A DNA stretch of 64,000 nucleotides, taken from IMG/VR virus record IMGVR_UViG_3300006076_000003, positions 1 to 64,000 of that record. One strand, given 5' to 3'. Of the stretch, positions 57,789 through 64,000 are shown one piece after another (the first letter of the stretch is position 1; every line of letters begins with the position of its first letter). The notes below the pieces were generated by a model, which was not told where the DNA came from, did no database searches, and was given only the letters and a program-made list of their open reading frames with translations. This stretch comes from a virus. The translations under genes and the position numbers were made by a program.

Positions 57789-59012
57789 ATGGCAACAGAA
57801 ATAGTATATGAAGAAGTCCCAAAGTTAGATTATATAGATAGATATAAAGAATTAATGGAAGTATCATTAAGTGATGAAAGTGCTTTTTTAGCGGCTAAAG
57901 AAATTATTGAAGATTTAGTTAGCTCTAATGAATTAACAGCAAGAGAAAAAGCAGAAATTGTATCCAAGACAGTTGGTGATATTGCTACGTCTATAACAAC
58001 AAATGCTATGCAACTTGCATACCAAGCATCAGTAGAAGAACGCAATGCTAAATATGTTGTAACTAAACTTAGAGAAGATATGCTATTAGCAAAGGGAAAT
58101 GCTGATAGAATGGATAAAGAAGTTGAATTAGTACAAGCTCAAAAAGACCAAATTGCAGCAGAAATTATAGCTGCACATGTTAGAAAACAAGAAGTGCAGT
58201 TAAAAATGTTAAGTGAGTATGGTTTAACAAGTATTCCTTCACCAACAGATAACATAGATGCTGCAAATGCTACTGTAAAAGGCAACAATAGTATATATGC
58301 TAAAAAAATAAATTTAGAAGATGCAACAATATATGATAAATGGGCTACAACATATAGACAAAATGGGCATTTATGGTTCAATAGTAATGGTGAAGTATTG
58401 ACATCAGTAGTCGATGCTGGGGACCCAAATGATGAGTTAACAAAAGGACTTATATATAATCAATCAAGAGTAGCTGTAAGACAGTATAATGGCTTTGATG
58501 ATAATATGAGACAACATGTTGTTAATGCATCATCAAGTATGGTGTCAATGATGCTAGCAAATAGTGATGCAGTAGATGCTTCTAAGATTGTTGACGCTTA
58601 TCAAAAATGGTCAACTGGTGTTGAATATCTTAATAATAGAGGCTCAACAGAAGCTCTGCCAGAACTTGCTATTACACTTGTTAATTATGATGAATTTACT
58701 GATGATGCTATTAGTAATCCCTCAAGTGATGGAATATCAATTGGTGGTTTTTGTACTAATTTCCCAGCTGGAGCAAATATCTATATAAACTTAGTTAAAG
58801 TAGATACAGATGATACAATATTAGATACAGTTTATGACACATCAGAAGTACCTGGTATTGTTGCAATTGATGGTACTTGGACTGCTAAAACACATATACT
58901 TTATAATAAAGCATCAAGTATAAGTAATGGAGATTGGAAAATTGTTGTGTCTATTAAGGATAATTATCTAAGAACAGTAAAAGCATATACAGAGAAACGA
59001 ACTAAAAGCTAA
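57789..59012 (+). CDS. Virion structural protein
   Basis: Helical N-part, Ig-like C-part; late operon. Confidence 0.55.
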   Translation: MATEIVYEEVPKLDYIDRYKELMEVSLSDESAFLAAKEIIEDLVSSNELTAREKAEIVSKTVGDIATSITTNAMQLAYQASVEERNAKYVVTKLREDMLLAKGNADRMDKEVELVQAQKDQIAAEIIAAHVRKQEVQLKMLSEYGLTSIPSPTDNIDAANATVKGNNSIYAKKINLEDATIYDKWATTYRQNGHLWFNSNGEVLTSVVDAGDPNDELTKGLIYNQSRVAVRQYNGFDDNMRQHVVNASSSMVSMMLANSDAVDASKIVDAYQKWSTGVEYLNNRGSTEALPELAITLVNYDEFTDDAISNPSSDGISIGGFCTNFPAGANIYINLVKVDTDDTILDTVYDTSEVPGIVAIDGTWTAKTHILYNKASSISNGDWKIVVSIKDNYLRTVKAYTEKRTKS

Positions 59013-60790
59013 TGTATAAAACTTATGACTTTGTTCAACCTCAAATAATGGGTTGGACAACAAGAAATAATTTTGTTAATTTAATACTAAATAAATGGCC
59101 TACTGTAACAAAGCAGAGTACAAAATGTGATGGTAATGATATAGTACCAGCAGAAGAAGCATTAGTATTTGATAATGTTTTAATATCACACGAAGGTAAC
59201 TTTATATCGGATAATGCTAAACTTTTAAAACCATTTGGTATTGATGAGAAATTTGTAAAAGATAAAAAGAAAGAATTTAAAAAAGGTAACATCAAAGATG
59301 TATATGCCAAATTTTCTAAGCGTGACTTATCTAAAACAAATACATTCATAGAAGACTTAGATTTAATAGCAGAATATTTAAATAACTTTATATCTAATTG
59401 GGATCCATACAATACTTATTTACATAGAAAAATAACATTTGAACAATCTGCAAGATTAATGAATAAGTGTGATAATTGGAGTCATCATTCACCAATACAG
59501 AATAGGATTGAATTAAGTGAATTATTTTATTACAATGATAATGATATTGTTGATTATATTAAATATATTGATGTGTTATTATATACACCAATTGACGCTA
59601 ATTACAATGTACAAGTAATATACCCAGATACAGAAGTTGATAAAGAAGTAGTTGGACTTGCAACACTACTATCTATTCTTGATACTGACAAAGAGGTATT
59701 TTTTGGTGATGTTAATTTACTTCAAACAGTAATAAATAATGCTAAAGAGTATGGTTTAATTGGTGATATACAATCAGCATACTACTGTGGTAAGGACACT
59801 TACCAAAGAATATATACTGAATTAGAAATTGCTAAATTTATTTGGACATTTACAGAACCAAACTTAGATGCTAATTCAAAAATTGTAAGAAGATTAGCAA
59901 ATCTATTACAAAATCCAAATAAGTTAATAATAGATCCAGCAATATCTGATAATGATAATCCAGGATTAGTATTTAAAGATGTCCTTGATAAAACAAAAGC
60001 AGAAATAACAGCATTAGGAGAAAGTAAGTTAGAAAACTATATATTTAAATACGAACTTGCAACTAATATTGCTGGAGTTTGTGCTAATGATAATAACAAA
60101 AATGGTAGAACATATTTGAGATTTGATGTAATGCAAAGTATAGCTCTAAGTGATAAAAAACTATTTACAAAAATAATAACTAATTCCTTTTCAATAGATT
60201 ATACAAGACATAAAGAAACACTATTACAAAAAATAGCTAATTTTATTGTTACAGGACTTGCTGTTGCACTTGCGGCTGTAACAAACGGTGCTTCACTTAT
60301 GGTAGCTAAATTAATATTTAGTGTTGAACAAATTGCTTTTCAAAAATTAGGTATGTACAAAGAAGCATTTTATTCTGACCAATTTGTAGAAATTATTGAT
60401 ATATACTCTAATATAATAGCAGGTATTAACTTAGTAAATCAAGTAAATGATGTTTCAATTGATGCTTTAGTAGATGCATTAAAAAATGAATTTAAATCTT
60501 TAAAGTTTAGCATTAAGTCATTACCAGATTATATACACTATGCTTCTATTGGGTATAACTACTATGAAACAAATAAATTAAAACATACAATACAAAAAGT
60601 TGAGAAGAAACAGCAACAACTAAATGATTTAGTTGAGCGTACTAATATACATAACAGCGTTAAAAGCTTTGATATTATAGAGAAAAGAAGATATAATAAC
60701 TATTATGCAGAGCAATTAGATCAATTAGACAGTTCATTTTATACTATGACAGGCGGTTCAATAGATAACATGACAAACAAATATTACTAA
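59012..60790 (+). CDS. Virion protein with hydrophobic C-terminal segment (N4 gp53 position)
   Basis: IVTGLAVALAAV segment; position. Confidence 0.5.
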   Translation: MYKTYDFVQPQIMGWTTRNNFVNLILNKWPTVTKQSTKCDGNDIVPAEEALVFDNVLISHEGNFISDNAKLLKPFGIDEKFVKDKKKEFKKGNIKDVYAKFSKRDLSKTNTFIEDLDLIAEYLNNFISNWDPYNTYLHRKITFEQSARLMNKCDNWSHHSPIQNRIELSELFYYNDNDIVDYIKYIDVLLYTPIDANYNVQVIYPDTEVDKEVVGLATLLSILDTDKEVFFGDVNLLQTVINNAKEYGLIGDIQSAYYCGKDTYQRIYTELEIAKFIWTFTEPNLDANSKIVRRLANLLQNPNKLIIDPAISDNDNPGLVFKDVLDKTKAEITALGESKLENYIFKYELATNIAGVCANDNNKNGRTYLRFDVMQSIALSDKKLFTKIITNSFSIDYTRHKETLLQKIANFIVTGLAVALAAVTNGASLMVAKLIFSVEQIAFQKLGMYKEAFYSDQFVEIIDIYSNIIAGINLVNQVNDVSIDALVDALKNEFKSLKFSIKSLPDYIHYASIGYNYYETNKLKHTIQKVEKKQQQLNDLVERTNIHNSVKSFDIIEKRRYNNYYAEQLDQLDSSFYTMTGGSIDNMTNKYY

Positions 60791-60807
60791 ACGGAGGAAT
60801 ATATTAA

Positions 60808-61356
60808 ATGGAAAAAAATAGTGCGTTTAACTTAACTTTAGATAACTCATTAAATCAAACACCATATGTTTCAAATGAAGACGTCGTACTAAAGAAATTA
60901 TTTGACGATAGGAATAAAGATTTTAATGAAAGTGCTTTTAGTAGATATCTTAGAATGGGTAAAATTCATACTATTAATGGTCTTAGAGATACACAGGATT
61001 GGGCATCACAATATTTTAAAGACTTAGGACACGATGTTGGTGAAACAGCAGGAACTATTAAAGATGGTGTAGTTGATAATGTTATTAACCCAATAGGTAG
61101 TGCATTTGGAGGTGATTTTACTAATAGTAAAAAAGGTTGGTTTGATGAAATGACACCAGAAGAAAAAAATAAATTTAGATTGGGACTTGGTGGATTTGGT
61201 TTAGGATTAATGGGTGCAATTGACAAACATAATCAAACAAAAGCATTAACGGATTATTATGGTCATATGAATGGAAATTTAGATGCTCAAACAGCTAAAG
61301 TAAATGACCATATCGCACATAACAAAGAAATAAGATCTGCATTTGCAAGGATATAA
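60808..61356 (+). CDS. Probable ejection protein (N4 gp52 position)
   Basis: Gly-rich LGLGGFGLGLMG segment. Confidence 0.5.
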   Translation: MEKNSAFNLTLDNSLNQTPYVSNEDVVLKKLFDDRNKDFNESAFSRYLRMGKIHTINGLRDTQDWASQYFKDLGHDVGETAGTIKDGVVDNVINPIGSAFGGDFTNSKKGWFDEMTPEEKNKFRLGLGGFGLGLMGAIDKHNQTKALTDYYGHMNGNLDAQTAKVNDHIAHNKEIRSAFARI

Positions 61357-61359
61357 TAT

Positions 61360-63057
61360 ATGAATAACTCTAACCCATTTTATAATGCACTATCACAATA
61401 TGATAGTTACCTTAAAGAAAAAGGTTTAAGAGAAGCTTTTAACTCAACACCAAAACAAACTAATCCATTTGATTATGATGGAATTGGTGCAGAAGTAAAT
61501 GATGCTTATGAAAAATTAGCTCAACAAGATGCTAAATATAATACTTATGGACCAAGTGATAAAGTACTAAAACTAAACAAAGTTATACAAAGATTTTATA
61601 ATGTAAATAAAGACAGATATTCTAATGAAGATTTTGATAATTATAGAAAACAAACAATTAGTAATTTAGTACAAAAAGGTTATGGTATTGATGATGCTAA
61701 TAAAATATGGAGCACAATAGCAGAACAGAAATTTGGTGATAAGTACACAGATAAACAAGCAGCATTAGATAAACAAAATGCAATTAATGTCTTTAAAGCA
61801 AAATATCCAGGTAATTTGTTAACAAAACTTGTTGGCTCAGGTAGTTCTACTAAAGGTACAAAAGATTATAAAGTTGTCACTAAAGATAATAACTTTGATG
61901 CAGCCTCACTTAAAGAATGGTTATTAGATCCTAAAACACAACATTTAACAGGAGCTACATCTCATGTACCATTTAGTGATGTAGGATTAGCACATTATAT
62001 CAGTAATCATTATGGTGGTATACCTGTGGATAATGCTAATTTTATTACTTCTGCTATTCAAGGCCTAAACGAAAAATTGCATGAGAAAGGATTACCTCCT
62101 GTAAATACCCAAACAGCAAAAAATTTATTACTCTCTGCAACTAATACTGGTAAAAAAGGTTATGGAGAATTTAATGGAATAATGTCAAATACATTCAAAG
62201 AGGAAATTAAAACACCTGAAGACCTCTCATTAAGACTTTTAAAAATAATGAATGCTGAAGGATTAAGCAATAATACCAGTGAAAGGAGTCGTAAAAATGC
62301 TGCATCACAAGCTGCAGCAGTTAATAGTTTATTACATAACACACAATATAAAAAAGATTATTCTACCTTAGAAAAAAGATTAAAAGATATTGACAGTAAA
62401 ATAGGAAGTAGGCGTAAAGTTGGTTTTGTTGGTTTAAATGATATCAACAAAATATATGATGGTACTTTTGATAAATTAGATACACCTGAAACACAACCAA
62501 AAGAACAAACTACAAATAAATCAGAAAATACAGCAATATCTGAGATCATTGCAAAAATGGAAAAAGATAAAAAAGATAGAGCAAATGACCCTATGCCTAA
62601 AGATTTAACAGGACAAACAATTTATAATCTATTAGCTCAACTACATAAAAAGAATGGTGAAGATAATATCCCAATTAGATTACCTAAATTTAAAACACAA
62701 GAACAAAAAGTTAACTATGCTAATTTCTTAAAACAACAATTAGGTATACCATCTCAGCCAGAGATTAATTTTAAGACACCTGCAGATGGACAACCAATTC
62801 CAGTTATTAAAGATGAATCAACATCATCTATAAATAATAGTAATAAGCATTTATTTAAAAGTCAAGTTAACAATACAGTTAAAAAATTAATTAATAACTT
62901 ACCACCAGAAGAAAAAGCTAAAGTTAAAGCAATTGCTGAAAATCAAGGAACTTCTATGGTAAGAGCATATAGAATATATGTTTCTACATTAAAAAATGAA
63001 TCAAAAATACCAGCAAGTGATGTTGGAGATCTTGTTGTACTAGGAGGTAAAGGATGA
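61360..63057 (+). CDS. Probable internal virion/ejection protein (N4 gp51 position)
   Basis: 565-aa ORF; position. Confidence 0.5.
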   Translation: MNNSNPFYNALSQYDSYLKEKGLREAFNSTPKQTNPFDYDGIGAEVNDAYEKLAQQDAKYNTYGPSDKVLKLNKVIQRFYNVNKDRYSNEDFDNYRKQTISNLVQKGYGIDDANKIWSTIAEQKFGDKYTDKQAALDKQNAINVFKAKYPGNLLTKLVGSGSSTKGTKDYKVVTKDNNFDAASLKEWLLDPKTQHLTGATSHVPFSDVGLAHYISNHYGGIPVDNANFITSAIQGLNEKLHEKGLPPVNTQTAKNLLLSATNTGKKGYGEFNGIMSNTFKEEIKTPEDLSLRLLKIMNAEGLSNNTSERSRKNAASQAAAVNSLLHNTQYKKDYSTLEKRLKDIDSKIGSRRKVGFVGLNDINKIYDGTFDKLDTPETQPKEQTTNKSENTAISEIIAKMEKDKKDRANDPMPKDLTGQTIYNLLAQLHKKNGEDNIPIRLPKFKTQEQKVNYANFLKQQLGIPSQPEINFKTPADGQPIPVIKDESTSSINNSNKHLFKSQVNNTVKKLINNLPPEEKAKVKAIAENQGTSMVRAYRIYVSTLKNESKIPASDVGDLVVLGGKG

Positions 63058-64000
63058 ATACACTAGATGATTTAACACACGAATATCTAAGTTCCCTTAG
63101 TCCTGAAAGTTCTTCATTACCTGAAGAACCAACAGGTTATGCTACTCCTCAATTAAACAAACCTGCAGTTGTTAATACACCATCAGGATACACTGATGCT
63201 GAAATTAACGCAATGATTGCTGATAGAAATAAAGACATAGCACCAGAATCAGATTACATGGATGAGATACAAGCATCTTTATATAGAGGTGCACAATTAA
63301 TAGGTAGGGGTGGAGCTGATGCATTAAGTTGGGGTGCAGATAAATTAGGTATACCACAAGCTTCTAAATTCTTAGACTCTATTGACTGGAAGTCAGATGA
63401 TGAGATAAATGATGCAGTTGGGTATGATCCATCAGCAGCTGAATTAGCCTACCAAAAACAAAAAGATGCTTATAAAGCTTTTACAAAAAATGTTGATTTA
63501 AGTTCTGGTTGGGATTTAGTTACAAGTACAGCAAATACTTTGCCACATATGTTAGCTGACAATGCTGATATTATAGCAACATTAGCACCTAATCCTTTAG
63601 GACCTGAAGCATATATTGCTGGTAAATTTGCATCTGGAGCTGAAAAGGCAGCACAAGCTGCAGAAGCTGCTAAATTAGCAAATAGCTCTAAAGCACTTGA
63701 CCGTATTAAAGCAGTTGGTCAAGCTCCTAAAACACAAGTTGGAGTTACAAGTAAATTAGTGCAACCTGAAGCACAAACACTAAGTAAATTTGCTAAATCT
63801 CCATTATCACATGATGAAATTGCTATGGCAAGACAAGCAATCTTAAAAGATGCACAACAATTTAAAAAAGCTAAAAATGCTGAGATTGAATCAAATTTAA
63901 AACTTGCTGATAGACTAAGAACAGTAAACAACTATGTACCTATAAATAAACGTTCAATATTATATGGCTCTGGAATGGCAGCAGAAAATAATAGAAAATT
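63054..64000 (+). CDS. Start of large virion protein, truncated by window (N4 virion RNAP position)
   Basis: ATG overlaps previous TGA, GGAGG RBS, open to window end (MNTLDDLTHEYL..); Ala-rich; no catalytic motifs visible within the window. Confidence 0.55.
   Translation, partial: MNTLDDLTHEYLSSLSPESSSLPEEPTGYATPQLNKPAVVNTPSGYTDAEINAMIADRNKDIAPESDYMDEIQASLYRGAQLIGRGGADALSWGADKLGIPQASKFLDSIDWKSDDEINDAVGYDPSAAELAYQKQKDAYKAFTKNVDLSSGWDLVTSTANTLPHMLADNADIIATLAPNPLGPEAYIAGKFASGAEKAAQAAEAAKLANSSKALDRIKAVGQAPKTQVGVTSKLVQPEAQTLSKFAKSPLSHDEIAMARQAILKDAQQFKKAKNAEIESNLKLADRLRTVNNYVPINKRSILYGSGMAAENNRK

Noticed and set aside
1-64000. tRNA genes, integrase
   Set aside because: No cloverleaf/T-loop signature or recombinase motifs recognised by eye

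Overview
AT-rich dsDNA phage genome segment with N4-like (Schitoviridae-like) gene order, apparently read across the genome-end junction at about 31.1-31.55 kb. The minus-strand arm (31.1 kb down to 0.28 kb) carries early genes, a single-chain T7-type RNA polymerase, many small ORFs, an MBL hydrolase, a MoxR AAA/vWA pair, a VRR-NUC nuclease, an SF2 helicase, a RecA-fold ATPase, a Cas4-like exonuclease, DNA polymerase A, a helicase and an AEP primase. The plus-strand arm (31.5-64 kb) carries terminase, adaptor, tail fibres, lysis genes, portal, scaffold, N4-gp56-type major capsid protein, tail and internal virion proteins, and the truncated start of a large protein in the virion-RNAP position. 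TGnTATAAT promoters and AAGGA RBSs hint at a Campylobacterota host (inference). Most notable: (1) four covarying copies of a small H-type RNA pseudoknot, plus a second covarying hairpin/pseudoknot module, in early-gene leaders; (2) stacked origin-like repeat/hairpin cassettes paired with RepA-like ATPases, comprising two intact genes and one truncated remnant; (3) an intron-less HNH gene apparently splitting a tail fibre; (4) a catalytically dead primase copy fused to the helicase next to the intact primase; (5) an RNAP lacking the motif-B tyrosine; (6) a dispersed family of about 7 small paralogs; (7) an Apyc1-like MBL hydrolase. All calls are by-eye motif recognition; no searches were run.
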